The translations under genes were made by a program, and so were the position numbers. From Candidatus Latescibacterota bacterium (lineage in GTDB: Bacteria > Latescibacterota > UBA2968 > UBA8231), in the NCBI GenBank assembly GCA_965242865.1, contig CBDETK010000013.1, forward strand, positions 1,664,001 through 1,728,000: a DNA stretch of 64,000 bases, in the 5' to 3' direction. Positions 9,548-19,786 of the stretch are shown here, piece after piece. Under the pieces are notes generated by a model. It made no database searches and was not told the DNA's origin. It saw nothing but the letters and a program-made list of their open reading frames with translations. How positions within the stretch are numbered: the stretch's first letter is position 1; every line of letters begins with the position of its first letter.

Positions 9548-11035
9548 ATGGCCCGCATCCTCGTCGCCGAGTGCAAGCAAGAAATCTCTTCCTTCAACCC
9601 GATCATCGGCGCGTACGACAATTTTTCCATCCGCCGCGGCTCCGAGCTGCTCGCCTATCACCAAGGCCGCGAGACCGAGCTGACCGGCGCCTTGCAGGTC
9701 TTTGCCGACAGCCACGTGGAAGTCGTGCCCACCTACGGGGCCTGCGCCCCCTCGGCCGGGCCGTTAGACCAACGGGCCTTTGAGCGCATTGCCGCCGAGC
9801 TCCTCGACGCGGTCGTGCCGCACCTCGCGGACGCCGATGGCCTGTACTTTTGCCTGCACGGAGCTATGGGCTGCACCGAGGAGCTCGACCCGGAGGGGTA
9901 CTTGCTGCAACAGATTCGCCTGAGGGCCGGTCCCGACTTCCCCATCGTGATCTCGCAAGACCTCCACGGCATTCTCACCGAGCGCATGCTGGAGCACTCA
10001 AACGGCCTCGCCATGTATCACACCTATCCGCACGTGGATTTGGCCGACACGGGACGCCGCGCCGCGTACTTGCTCCTCCAAGTCCTCGCCGGTGCCCAGC
10101 CCGTGGTGGCCCGGGTGCGAATTCCCGCGCTCGTGCGCGGCAACGAACTCATCACGGCCTCGGGCGTGTACGGCGAGTCCATCCGCTACTGCCAAGCCCT
10201 AGAGGAGCAGCCCGACATCCTCGCGGCCGGCGTGTTGATCGGCAACCCGTTCACCGATGTGCCCGAGCTGTGCTCGCAAGCGGTCGTCGTGGCCGATGCC
10301 GACCCAGACCTCGCCCGCAGCGAGGCCCTCCACCTCGCCGCCAACTTCTGGGACCGCCGCGCCCTCATGCAGCCCGACCTCGTGTCGGTCGAAGACGCCG
10401 TAGCCCAAGCCGCCCAATACAGCGGTCCCGTGCTCTTTACCGATGCGGCCGACGCCCCGTCCTCGGGCGCGACCGGCGACAGCAATGTGCTCCTCCAAGC
10501 CCTACGCGCCAGCGGGTACTCGGGCCGAGTGCTCGCGCCGCTGGTGGATGCGCCCGCCGCGTACATGGCCCACGACGCCGGGCTGGGCGCCCGCATCCGC
10601 GTGGTTTTGGGCGGCTCGCTCGACTCGCGCTTTTCCCCGCTCGACCTAGCCGTTGAAGTCGCCCAACTCGGCGACGGCGAATACGTCTGCGAATCTTGGA
10701 ACACGCCCCAACACGCCGGGCCTACGGCTGTGCTAGCAAGCGATGAGTTCACCATTGTCTGCGTCAGCCGCTCAGTGCCCTTTATCGATCGCTCGGTCTT
10801 TATGGCCCACGACCTCAACCCCAAGGACTACGATCTCATCGTCATCAAGTCGCCGCACTGCCAGTGGCACTTTTTCGACGAGTGGGCCGAGATAAACTTC
10901 AACATCGACGCCCTCGGCTCGACCAGCGCGAACTTGCCTACCCTCGGGCACCGCGTCTGCCAGCGGCCCATGTACCCGCTCGAACCCGAGGCCCCCTTTA
11001 CCCCGGTGGCCGAAATGTTCGGCGCAGGAGCGTAA
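9548..11035 (+). CDS. M81 family metallopeptidase (MlrC-like)
   Basis: QEISSF, LHGAM, DPEG, DLHG, TYPHVD, DAADAPSSGATGD, VIKS. Confidence 0.88.
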   Translation: MARILVAECKQEISSFNPIIGAYDNFSIRRGSELLAYHQGRETELTGALQVFADSHVEVVPTYGACAPSAGPLDQRAFERIAAELLDAVVPHLADADGLYFCLHGAMGCTEELDPEGYLLQQIRLRAGPDFPIVISQDLHGILTERMLEHSNGLAMYHTYPHVDLADTGRRAAYLLLQVLAGAQPVVARVRIPALVRGNELITASGVYGESIRYCQALEEQPDILAAGVLIGNPFTDVPELCSQAVVVADADPDLARSEALHLAANFWDRRALMQPDLVSVEDAVAQAAQYSGPVLFTDAADAPSSGATGDSNVLLQALRASGYSGRVLAPLVDAPAAYMAHDAGLGARIRVVLGGSLDSRFSPLDLAVEVAQLGDGEYVCESWNTPQHAGPTAVLASDEFTIVCVSRSVPFIDRSVFMAHDLNPKDYDLIVIKSPHCQWHFFDEWAEINFNIDALGSTSANLPTLGHRVCQRPMYPLEPEAPFTPVAEMFGAGA

Positions 11036-11038
11036 CTT

Positions 11039-11800
11039 ATGCCCGCCATCAAACAATCCGTCTGCTTCAATCCCTTCACCGCCCGCGGCCTCAGCCCGCG
11101 GGAATTGATCGCGGCGGCCGCGCGCATCGGCTACCAGTCCGTAGAGATGGCCCCCCGAGAACACTGGCCGCTCATCCAAGACCACGGCCTCGCCATCGCC
11201 ATTGTCGCCGGCCATGCTTCCCTGCCCGACGGGCTCAACAAGCCCGAAAACCACGACCGCATCGAAGACGAGCTCCTCGCCCACTGCGACCTCGCCGTTG
11301 AGTACGGCATCCCCTCGCTGATTTGCTTTTCTGGCAATCGCGAGGGCCGGTCCTCCGAAGAGGGGCTGGCCCACTGCGTCGCTGGCCTGCGCCGCGTCAC
11401 CGGGGTGGCCGAGGAAAAAGGCATTACCCTCTGCATGGAATTGCTCAACTCGCGCGTCAACCATCCCGACTATCAGTGCGACCGCACCGCTTGGGGCGCG
11501 GCCTTGTGTCGGGCCGTGGGCTCGCCCCGGTTCAAGCTCCTCTACGACATCTACCACATGCAGATCATGGAAGGCGATCTCATCCGCACCATCACCGAGC
11601 ACATCGACTGTATCGGCCACTTCCACACCGCCGGCAATCCCGGCCGCCAAGACCTCGACGATCAGCAGGAGATTTACTATCCGCCGATCATGCGGGCCAT
11701 CGCCGCCACTTCCTACGAAGGCTACGTCGGCCACGAGTACCGTCCCAAGGCCGACCCCCTTGACTCCCTGACCCACGCCTTCGCCGTCTGCAATGTCTGA
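11039..11800 (+). CDS. Hydroxypyruvate isomerase-like TIM-barrel (AP_endonuc_2) protein
   Basis: ELLNSRVNHPDY, LYDIYHMQIMEGD, GHFHTAGNPGR, VGHEY. Confidence 0.88.
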   Translation: MPAIKQSVCFNPFTARGLSPRELIAAAARIGYQSVEMAPREHWPLIQDHGLAIAIVAGHASLPDGLNKPENHDRIEDELLAHCDLAVEYGIPSLICFSGNREGRSSEEGLAHCVAGLRRVTGVAEEKGITLCMELLNSRVNHPDYQCDRTAWGAALCRAVGSPRFKLLYDIYHMQIMEGDLIRTITEHIDCIGHFHTAGNPGRQDLDDQQEIYYPPIMRAIAATSYEGYVGHEYRPKADPLDSLTHAFAVCNV

Positions 11801-12227
11801 AGTACCTATCGCACCCACCAGCGGTGTGCTCGGCGCAGCGATCGCAAGGGGCGACCCGTCCTCGAAAACCGCCCGACCATGCACCGCCGCCTCGCCTTCC
11901 CCCCACCAACGCACTCAGGTTTTTAACGACGAAATCCCGACGGAATAGGACCTTCTAATCATCATTAGATAGAATACGTATTGATACAACAGACATGACG
12001 ATGCACGGGCTAAAGCCTGCGTGTTCCATCCACCTATTGCCTACGGTGAAAGGGCCTTTTAACGCGATGACTCGATGACAGCATATCGCCCAAGGTGCGT
12101 TCGCTTTTACGGGAGCGGCGTAGGGCCATCTGTTTGTCCATGTTGGCCAGCGCGCATAACTTTCTTTCTGCAAGGGCTGCTCGCCTTGACGGATTCGCCC
12201 TTAACTTCTGGTTCAGAAGGAAGGCTA

Positions 12228-12554
12228 ATGGTGAGTAACACGTTCAATCGCATTCGGGTGCTGATTTCCGGGGGCAGTGTCCGAATTTCGGAGCACGGAT
12301 ACGACAAACTAGCTGCTGAGGGATTACTTGCAAGGGAACTCGTCAAAGGGGCAGAAACCGCGGAATTGATTGAGGATTATCCGGCCTATCCCAAAGGACC
12401 GTGCGTTCTGCTGCTTCAACGAACGGAGGACGGGCGCTCGGTTCACACTGTATGGGGACTGCCCGCTGGCCACACGAGCCCAGCAGTGTTGGTTACAGCG
12501 TACTTACCTGATCCCGAAAAATGGGAATCTGGCTTCAAGCGGAGGCGAAAATGA
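12228..12554 (+). CDS. DUF4258-family putative toxin
   Basis: ISEHG, IEDYPAYPKGPCVLLL, HTVWG, LVTAYLPDPEKW; AT-richer than its flanks. Confidence 0.75.
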   Translation: MVSNTFNRIRVLISGGSVRISEHGYDKLAAEGLLARELVKGAETAELIEDYPAYPKGPCVLLLQRTEDGRSVHTVWGLPAGHTSPAVLVTAYLPDPEKWESGFKRRRK

Positions 12555-12766
12555 ATAAGAGGGAATGGACGAAGCTCGTTCACGAGGGAAACTATGTTGC
12601 AGCAGTTGACGTAGAGCTACTAGAAGAGCCTGAAGGATGGTCCCCGTACCTTTCTCTTGAAGACGCATATCGTCTCGACGATGTGCGAGAGGCTCTGCGT
12701 CGAGGGGACATTAAGACCGCTGCAAAATACTCGCGCGTGTTCAGTCTCACGCCTATCTCCGTGTAA
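12551..12766 (+). CDS. Small partner of DUF4258 (putative antitoxin)
   Basis: ATGA overlap with the DUF4258 gene; 71 aa (KLVHEGNYVAAVDVEL...WSPYLSLEDAYRLDDVREAL). Confidence 0.65.
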   Translation: MNKREWTKLVHEGNYVAAVDVELLEEPEGWSPYLSLEDAYRLDDVREALRRGDIKTAAKYSRVFSLTPISV

Positions 12767-12795
12767 AGCCACATAACCTGTCGTTTAGAAGAACC

Positions 12796-13770
12796 ATGTT
12801 CAAAGCACTCGTCTTACATCAGCCCTCAGCCCTCATTGAGGAACTCGACGAAAGCCGCCTCCCCCAAGGCGACGTAGAAATCGCCGTTGCGTACTCCTCG
12901 CTCAATTATAAGGACGGGATGATTCTCAACGGCTTGGGCGGCTTGGTCAAAACCTATCCCCACGTCCCCGGCATTGATCTCGCCGGCACCGTCGTCCACA
13001 GCCAAAGCGATCGGTTCCAGCCCGGCGACCAAGTTATATGCACGGGCTGGCGCGTCGGCGAAACCCACTGGGGCGGCTACGCGCAAAAGGCGCGGCTCAA
13101 GGCCGAGTGGCTCGTGCCCCTGCCCGCCGGTCTGACCTTGCGTACCGCCATGGGCTTGGGCGCGGCCGGCCTGACCGCGGCGATTTCCATAGAAAGACTC
13201 GAAGCGCACGGGCTCGCGCCGGACCAAGGCGAAGTCCTCGTCACGGGCGCGGCCGGCGGCGTGGGCTCCTGCTCGGTTCTGCTGCTCGCCGCGCTGGGCT
13301 ACCCAGTCGCCGCATCTACGGGCCGCCCCGAACTCGAACCCTATCTAAAAGACCTCGGCGCTCAGACCATCATTCCGCGCCAAGCCTTGGCCGAGCCATC
13401 CAACAAGCCGTTGGAAAGTGCGCGCTGGGCCGCCTGCATCGACTCGGTCGGCGGCACTACTTTGGCCCGCGTCTTGGCCCAGATGGCCTACGGAGGTTCG
13501 GTCGCTGCGGTGGGCTTAACCGGCGGCGCGCAACTGGCAACCACCGTCATCCCCTTCTTGCTGCGCGGGGTCAACATCCTCGGCATCGACTCGGTCTTCT
13601 ACCCCATTGAGCGTCGAGAGCCCGCTTGGGCGCGCTTGGCGGCCGAACTGCCCTTGGAAAAATTAGATCGCCTCTGCACGGAGGTCGGTTTAGCCGACGT
13701 CCCCCGCCTCGGCAAGGACATCTTGGCGGGCCAAGTGCAGGGCCGCGTCATCGTCAATCCCAATGATTGA
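12796..13770 (+). CDS. acuI: YhdH/AcuI-type MDR oxidoreductase (acryloyl-CoA reductase-like)
   Basis: YSSLNYKD, VPGIDLAG, VTGAAGGVGS, PFLLRGVNILGIDSV. Confidence 0.85.
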   Translation: MFKALVLHQPSALIEELDESRLPQGDVEIAVAYSSLNYKDGMILNGLGGLVKTYPHVPGIDLAGTVVHSQSDRFQPGDQVICTGWRVGETHWGGYAQKARLKAEWLVPLPAGLTLRTAMGLGAAGLTAAISIERLEAHGLAPDQGEVLVTGAAGGVGSCSVLLLAALGYPVAASTGRPELEPYLKDLGAQTIIPRQALAEPSNKPLESARWAACIDSVGGTTLARVLAQMAYGGSVAAVGLTGGAQLATTVIPFLLRGVNILGIDSVFYPIERREPAWARLAAELPLEKLDRLCTEVGLADVPRLGKDILAGQVQGRVIVNPND

Positions 13771-13818
13771 CTTGGGATTCCTGCTATCTTAAACTCAAGT
13801 ACACAAAAGGAGTTTAGA

Positions 13819-14130
13819 ATGCCCATAGACAACCAATATTTGATGGATTTGCCTGAGATATACCGCGCTATCCTTGCGGCCTATCCCCGTTTCGACTCGA
13901 TGCGCAAGGTTGGCTATGGCTTGTCGTACCAGTCTTTGTATTCAGCATTGGAAGGTCAGTACACTCCCGGCCAGATTATGACGGCATGTAAAAACATGGC
14001 GGATGGAAAAGTTATGCAGATCAAGCAGCGGATATTCGCTTGTCCGACGCCCCTTGGCGAAGAACTCATTGCTGCGATTACGGGTAACTCCATACCTGAG
14101 CAGGAAGTTCCTCCTTTTAATCCTCCCTAA
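13819..14130 (+). CDS. Hypothetical 103-aa protein, possible winged-helix fold
   Basis: AGGAG RBS, AT-richer; helical N-terminus followed by a wing-like 'PTPLGEELI' ending. Confidence 0.6.
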   Translation: MPIDNQYLMDLPEIYRAILAAYPRFDSMRKVGYGLSYQSLYSALEGQYTPGQIMTACKNMADGKVMQIKQRIFACPTPLGEELIAAITGNSIPEQEVPPFNPP

Positions 14131-14149
14131 TTAAACCCCTTATCCTATA

Positions 14150-14767
14150 ATGATCGGTGATTGGAAAATCCGCCATTTGCCGCGGTGTACCCATCATGTA
14201 TTTCTCTCGCATTGTGCTGAAGATCGAGATCGTCTGGTACTACCTGTGTACAATGCCTTAAAAGACAGCCAGTACTCGCCGTGGCTCGATCAACATCACT
14301 ACCCAAGAGGTCGGGATCCTTTTGCTGCACTTCGAGAGAAAATTATACACTGTCGTCACGTTGTATATTTTGTTACAGCAAAGTTTCTCGCGCAGGGACG
14401 GGGATGGAATAGCACCGAAAGAGCCTATTCAAATCTGCTTCAGAAAAACCTGCATTTTCGGTTGGAACTGTGCCATATCCAATTCCCCTTATTCTTTATG
14501 CCTCGAAGTCATGCGATCCTACAGAGATCGGCATGGGAACCTCTTGTTCAATATGGGCGGTTTTATAAACCGGGACGAGTGGACAGTGGGGCGGTGAAAT
14601 GGGCGACTAGAGAAATTACAGCCTTCATTAGACAAGAGGAAAAGGACGGGGCATTTCTGGCGGCTCAAGTTCAGCACGATCCCGATTTCCGGCTATTGTT
14701 CAAAAAAGAAAAAAACTTACTACGGAGGATCATGTGCGCGGATCCTCTGCCTGATGCTCTAAACTGA
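14150..14767 (+). CDS. TIR-domain protein
   Basis: HVFLSHCAED, PWLD, G.....LREKI..CRHVVYFVT..F, W...E (candidate catalytic Glu in GWNSTERAY). Confidence 0.8.
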   Translation: MIGDWKIRHLPRCTHHVFLSHCAEDRDRLVLPVYNALKDSQYSPWLDQHHYPRGRDPFAALREKIIHCRHVVYFVTAKFLAQGRGWNSTERAYSNLLQKNLHFRLELCHIQFPLFFMPRSHAILQRSAWEPLVQYGRFYKPGRVDSGAVKWATREITAFIRQEEKDGAFLAAQVQHDPDFRLLFKKEKNLLRRIMCADPLPDALN

Positions 14768-14852
14768 TCAACCCAATCACTAACGGACGTTGCGGATCGT
14801 CGCTTGGGGCCGGGCCGTGCGTCTATCGCCTATAACGAGAGGAAACCGCACC

Positions 14853-15836
14853 ATGCGCCGACTCACGCTTCTACTGCTCACGCTAACAGCCATCCAAGCA
14901 GGAGCCGACTCCACCATGCCCGGCACCGACCGCATCCCCTACTTCGGCTACGAGGACTGCATCCTCCTCGAAAACGCCCACACCCGCGTCGTCCTCACCT
15001 CGTCGGCCGGCCGCATCCTCGAATACTCGCGCAAAGGCCCCAACGCCATTTACCTCGACCCGGCGCAAGAAGGCGCGACCTTTGAGGGCGGCGCCCCACC
15101 GTTTGGCCCGACGGGCGGCCGCCTCGACATCGGCCCGGAAATGGTCATCCCCGCTCATCCCGACCTCTGGCTCGGGCGGTGGGAAAGCCAAATCACCGGC
15201 CCGCGCTCGGCGCGCCTGATCAGCAAAAAGGACGCGCCCACCGGCGTCCAACTCATCCGCGACTTTGAGCTCGCCGCGCACTCCACGCACTTGCGAGTCA
15301 CCCAAACCATCAAAAACGTCTCCGACCGCGAAAAACACTGGGGGCACTGGAGCCGCACCTTTGGCACTGGCGGCGGCATCGTGCTCATTCCCCTGACGCC
15401 TGCGAGCCGCTTCCCGGCCTCCTATGTCATGTACGGCCCCGGCCCGGTCATCAACTACCGGCCCGAAGACCCCAATATCCGCATCCGCGACAACTTCCTC
15501 GAAATCCTCGCCACGCCGCTTCGCCCCAAGCTCGGCATGGACTCGCAGGCCGGGTGGTTCGCGTACCTCGACCGCAACGACCTGCTGTGGGTCAAGCGCT
15601 ATCCCGTGTATCCCGACCGCCCCTACGGCGAACTGGCCGGGCTGACGATCTCGATCTGGTATTACCAAGACCTGATGTGCGAGCTGGAGCCGATTGGGCC
15701 GCGAGAGAACATTCCCCCGGGCGGCGAAGCCTCCTTCACCGAGGATTGGTGGCTCCTGCCCTACACCTATCCCCACGACGGCCGCGCCCTCGACCTCGAA
15801 GCCATCAGCGCATTCGTGGAGCGAGGGGCGCGGTGA
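14853..15836 (+). CDS. Secreted galactose-mutarotase-like (DUF4380-type) protein
   Basis: Signal peptide; GRILEY, GGRLDIGPE, ELEPIGP, FTEDWWL beta-rich pattern. Confidence 0.6.
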   Translation: MRRLTLLLLTLTAIQAGADSTMPGTDRIPYFGYEDCILLENAHTRVVLTSSAGRILEYSRKGPNAIYLDPAQEGATFEGGAPPFGPTGGRLDIGPEMVIPAHPDLWLGRWESQITGPRSARLISKKDAPTGVQLIRDFELAAHSTHLRVTQTIKNVSDREKHWGHWSRTFGTGGGIVLIPLTPASRFPASYVMYGPGPVINYRPEDPNIRIRDNFLEILATPLRPKLGMDSQAGWFAYLDRNDLLWVKRYPVYPDRPYGELAGLTISIWYYQDLMCELEPIGPRENIPPGGEASFTEDWWLLPYTYPHDGRALDLEAISAFVERGAR

Positions 15837-15851
15837 TCAGATTTTATAGCA

Positions 15852-16103
15852 ATGGAAATGACCGAGAACAAGCCGTATATAGACGCCGATTCCGATGAAG
15901 ACCTGCCGGATCTCGCCACCTCGGAATGGCAGGCAAAGTTTGCCCGCGTCCCGGTTCAGCGAGGCCGACCCAAGACCGCTACGCCCAAAGTATCCACCAC
16001 CATCCGGCTCGATCCCGACGTGTTGGCTGCCTTTAAGGCCGATGGCCCCGGTTGGCAAACGCGGATCAATCAAGCTCTCCGAAAAAGTGCCGGACTAGAG
16101 TAG
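15852..16103 (+). CDS. brnA: BrnA-family antitoxin (orphan)
   Basis: RGRPK...KVSTTIRLDPDVLAAFKADGPGWQTRINQALR; no BrnT gene adjacent. Confidence 0.85.
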   Translation: MEMTENKPYIDADSDEDLPDLATSEWQAKFARVPVQRGRPKTATPKVSTTIRLDPDVLAAFKADGPGWQTRINQALRKSAGLE

Positions 16104-16140
16104 GAATGGCCTCGGACAAGTTGCACGTCATCATCGCCAA

Positions 16141-16170
16141 TTGACAGGGATTGGCGGCGTCCATTATGTA
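16141..16170 (+). promoter_or_regulatory. Possible sigma70 promoter for the propeller/tailoring cluster
   Basis: Perfect TTGACA at 16141 with a weak -10 region (CATTATGTA) 15-18 nt downstream. Confidence 0.4.
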
Positions 16171-16214
16171 CTCTGTACCGAATCAACCGCCACCCCGATC
16201 GAGGCAGACTCGCC

Positions 16215-18365
16215 GTGTCCATTCCCTTCGTCCTTTTTGGCCTCCTGCTCATCGCTGCTAGCGCGTTTTCGGCCGACTGGCCTGCTTGGCGCGGCCCGGC
16301 GCAAACCGGCGTCTCCCAAGAAACCGGGCTCGTCGCCTCTTGGTCGCCGGTCTGGCGCGCCGAATTCACCGGCCGCTCAACCCCCATCGTCCTCAAGGGC
16401 CGGGTCTTTGTCATCGGCCGGCGCGGCGAGGGCATCGCCCGCGAGGGGGTCGTGGCCGCCTTTGACGCCCAAGACGGGGCCCTGCTCTGGGAACACCCCT
16501 ACAACATCTTCCACACCACCATCCCCTTCAATCGCGTCGGTTGGGCCAGCCTCACCGGCGACCCAGAGACCGGCTACGTCTATGCCCACACGGTCAGCGG
16601 GCTGTTCTTGTGCTTTGACCGCGATGGCCAAGTCGTCTGGTCGCGCTCGCTGACCGAGGAATTTGGGCGCATCTCCGGCTACGGCGGTCGCGTCCACACC
16701 CCGGTCGTCGATGAAGACCTCGTCATCATCAGCTATCTCAGCTCCAATTGGGGCGAGCACACCCCGGGCCGCCACCGCTACTTCGCCGTTGACAAGCGCA
16801 GCGGCGAAGTGGTCTGGATCGCCACCCCAGGGGGCCGGCCGCTCGACACCACGTACTCGGTGCCGGTCGTCGCCGTCATCAACGGCGTCCGCCTGCTCAT
16901 CGGCGGCAATGCCGACGGTGCTATCTACGCGCTAAAAATCCGCACGGGCGAGGCGGTGTGGGGCTTTAAGCTCAGTCGGCGCGGCATCAACTCCTCGGTC
17001 GTGGTGGCCGGCGACAAGGTGTACGCGGCCCACAGCGAGGAAAACCTCGACAACACCGCCCTCGGCCGCGTCGTGTGCATCAATGCCACCGGCCAAGGCG
17101 ACGTCACCAACACCCACGAGGTCTGGCGTTACGACGGCATCTTTGCCGGTTATAGCAGCCCAATCGTCCACGACGGTCGCTTGTACCTCATCGACAATTC
17201 GGCCAACATCCACGCGCTCGCCGCCGAGACCGGCCAACTACACTGGATCCACAACATCGGCACTGTCGGCAAAGGGTCGCCCGTGCTGGCCGACGGCCGG
17301 CTCTACGCGCCCGAGGTCAACGGTCGCTTCGCGATCGTCGCCCCGCGCCATGCCGACGCTGAGACGCTCGACCTCGCCGAAATTGCCATGCCCGACGGCC
17401 GGCCGGCCGAGCTGTTCGGCTCACCCGCCATAGCCGACGGCCGCATCTACCTTGCAACAGAAGCGGGCCTGTACTGCCTCGGCGACCCCGCGACGCCGTT
17501 CCAAGTCACAGCGACCGGGGCCAGCTACCCGCGCGACCCAGCCCCTCCAAACGCAACCCCGGCGCACCTGCAAATCATTCCCGCCGAAGTAGTGGCCCAG
17601 CCCAAGGCCCGCGTGTCTTTCCGCGCTCAAGCCTTCGACGCGCAGGGCCGCCTGATCGGCCCGGTCGCCGCCCAATGGGTGCTCACCGGCCCGGTCGGCC
17701 AACTCGACGACAACGTGCTCGCCCTCGCGGATGCACCCGGCGGCGGCACAATCACCGCCCGCACCAGCGCATTGACCGCCCAAGCGCGCATTGCCGTGCT
17801 GCCTCCGCCGACCTACCGCGAAGACTTTGAGGGATTCGCCGACGGGGCCTCGCCGGCTTGGATCGGCACGGGCAGCAAATTCAAGGTGGGCGAAGTCGCC
17901 GGCAACAAGGTGTTGGTCAAGCCGCCGGCCGCGCGCGGCTTGCACCGTGCCAACACGTATTTCGGTGCGCCCGACATGGCCGGCTACACCCTCCAAGCCG
18001 ACCTGCTCGGCGCCAAGAAGCGCCGCGCCGTCCCCGACATGGGGCTGATTGCCCAGCGCTACACCCTCGACCTAATGGGCTACCACCAGCAGTTGCAGAT
18101 CCGCACTTGGGCCGCCGAACTGCGCATGGCCCAAACCGTTCCCTTCGCCTTTGAGCCTGACGTCTGGTACACCATGAAGATGCAGGTGGCGATCGAAGGC
18201 GAGGTGGCCCATATCCGCGGCAAGGTCTGGCCCCGCGACGAATCGGAGCCCGCTCGCTGGACCATCCAAGCGGTCGATCCGCGGCCCAACCGCAGCGGCA
18301 GCCCCGGCCTCTACGGCTATTCTCCCGCTGAAATCTACTACGACAACCTGAAAGTTTGGCCATGA
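16215..18365 (+). CDS. Secreted PQQ-like beta-propeller with C-terminal Ig-like and ConA/lectin-like domains
   Basis: Signal peptide, ADWPAWRGP N-terminal motif, repeated 'SP...DG..Y' and 'D..TG..W' blades; beta-sandwich tail (WYTMKMQV, GKVWPR, GSPGLYG). Confidence 0.82.
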   Translation: MSIPFVLFGLLLIAASAFSADWPAWRGPAQTGVSQETGLVASWSPVWRAEFTGRSTPIVLKGRVFVIGRRGEGIAREGVVAAFDAQDGALLWEHPYNIFHTTIPFNRVGWASLTGDPETGYVYAHTVSGLFLCFDRDGQVVWSRSLTEEFGRISGYGGRVHTPVVDEDLVIISYLSSNWGEHTPGRHRYFAVDKRSGEVVWIATPGGRPLDTTYSVPVVAVINGVRLLIGGNADGAIYALKIRTGEAVWGFKLSRRGINSSVVVAGDKVYAAHSEENLDNTALGRVVCINATGQGDVTNTHEVWRYDGIFAGYSSPIVHDGRLYLIDNSANIHALAAETGQLHWIHNIGTVGKGSPVLADGRLYAPEVNGRFAIVAPRHADAETLDLAEIAMPDGRPAELFGSPAIADGRIYLATEAGLYCLGDPATPFQVTATGASYPRDPAPPNATPAHLQIIPAEVVAQPKARVSFRAQAFDAQGRLIGPVAAQWVLTGPVGQLDDNVLALADAPGGGTITARTSALTAQARIAVLPPPTYREDFEGFADGASPAWIGTGSKFKVGEVAGNKVLVKPPAARGLHRANTYFGAPDMAGYTLQADLLGAKKRRAVPDMGLIAQRYTLDLMGYHQQLQIRTWAAELRMAQTVPFAFEPDVWYTMKMQVAIEGEVAHIRGKVWPRDESEPARWTIQAVDPRPNRSGSPGLYGYSPAEIYYDNLKVWP

Positions 18366-19786
18366 AAACGACAGCGCAACGCCTGATCCTCATCCTCGTC
18401 CTAACCGCTTCCGCGAGCGCCCAAACCGCCATGTGGGGCGGCTCGCCCGGGCGCAACCAAGCCTCGGGCGAGAAAAACCTGCCCACCGTTTGGGATGTCG
18501 AGACCGGGGCCAACGTCAAGTGGCGGGCCGCGCTCGGCTCGCAGACCTACGGCGGCCCCTTGATCGCTGGCGACAAAATTTTCGTCGGCACCAACAACCA
18601 AGCCGAGCGTGACCCCAGCCACCAAGGCGACCGGGGCGTGATCATGGCCTTTTCCTTAGAGGACGGCTCGTTCCTCTGGCAAATCGCCCATCCCAAGCTG
18701 CCGGCCGGCCGCGTCAACGACTGGCCTCAGCAGGGCGTTTGCTCCACCCCTTACATCGCTGGCGACCGCCTCTACTACGTCTCCAACCGCGCCGAAATCC
18801 TGTGCCTCGACACCGAGGGCTTTCGCGACGGCGAGAACGACGGCCCGATCACGGACGAACCCGCCACCGCGCCGACCAACGCGGATCTCATCTGGAAGTT
18901 CGACATGATCGCCGAGTTGGACGTCTTTCCCCACAACCTCGCGACCAGCTCGCCCCTCGGGGTGGATGGCCGGCTCTTCGCCTTGACCAGCAACGGCGTC
19001 GATGAGAGCCACATCCACATCCCCGCTCCCTTTGCCCCCAGCTTCATCGCCCTCGACCTGCAAACCGGCCACCTGCTCTGGGAGAGTGCCTTGCCCGGCG
19101 ACCGGATTCTGCACGGCCAATGGTCCAATCCCGCGTATGGCGAGGCCGCCGGCCGCCAGCAGGTAATTTTCCCCGGCGGCGACGGCTGGGTCTATGCCCT
19201 CGCCCCGGACACCGGCGAACTGATCTGGAAATTCGACTGCAACCCCAAGGAATCGGTCTGGGCCTTGGGCGGCCGCGGCACCCGCAACAACCTCGTCTCA
19301 ACCCCGGTCTTTCACGATGGCTTGGTCTATATCGGCGTCGGCCAAGACCCCGAGCACGGCGAGGGCGAAGGGCACCTGTGGGCCATTGACCCCAGCGGCA
19401 CCGGCGACATCACCGCGACCGGCGCGGTCTGGCACGTCGGCGGCAAAGCCTACAACCGCACCATCTCCACCGTGGCCATTGCCGATGGCCTGCTCTACGC
19501 CGCCGACCTGAGCGGCTTCGTCTATTGCCTCGACGCCAAGACCGGCGCCCACCACTGGACGCACGACACCTTGGCCGCAATCTGGGGCTCGCCCTTTGTC
19601 GCCGACGGCAAAATTTACATCGGCGACGAGGACGGCGATGTCGAGGTGCTCAAGGCCGGCAAAACGCTCACCGTGCTGCACGAGACCAATCTGGGCAGCG
19701 CCGTGTACACCACTCCGGTCGCCCGCGACGGCGTGCTCTACATTGCCTCGCGCAACACCCTCTTCGCCATCGCAGCGAGCCAATGA
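18362..19786 (+). CDS. Secreted PQQ-like beta-propeller protein
   Basis: ATGA overlap; signal peptide; Trp-docking blades (WDVETGANVKW, LDAKTGAHHW, WGSPFVADGKIY). Confidence 0.85.
   Translation: MKTTAQRLILILVLTASASAQTAMWGGSPGRNQASGEKNLPTVWDVETGANVKWRAALGSQTYGGPLIAGDKIFVGTNNQAERDPSHQGDRGVIMAFSLEDGSFLWQIAHPKLPAGRVNDWPQQGVCSTPYIAGDRLYYVSNRAEILCLDTEGFRDGENDGPITDEPATAPTNADLIWKFDMIAELDVFPHNLATSSPLGVDGRLFALTSNGVDESHIHIPAPFAPSFIALDLQTGHLLWESALPGDRILHGQWSNPAYGEAAGRQQVIFPGGDGWVYALAPDTGELIWKFDCNPKESVWALGGRGTRNNLVSTPVFHDGLVYIGVGQDPEHGEGEGHLWAIDPSGTGDITATGAVWHVGGKAYNRTISTVAIADGLLYAADLSGFVYCLDAKTGAHHWTHDTLAAIWGSPFVADGKIYIGDEDGDVEVLKAGKTLTVLHETNLGSAVYTTPVARDGVLYIASRNTLFAIAASQ

Noticed and set aside
7214-11914. 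Long antisense and alternative-frame ORFs (e.g. 8055-9509, 10772-11914, and many similar elsewhere)
   Set aside because: Shadow ORFs of high-GC genes: no motifs, and they fully overlap well-supported CDSs.
11801-12227. ncRNA or riboswitch in the ~430-bp intergenic region
   Set aside because: Only short imperfect hairpins (e.g. CACGGGCTAAAGCCTGCGTG); no recognisable RNA family. A Rfam scan would be needed.
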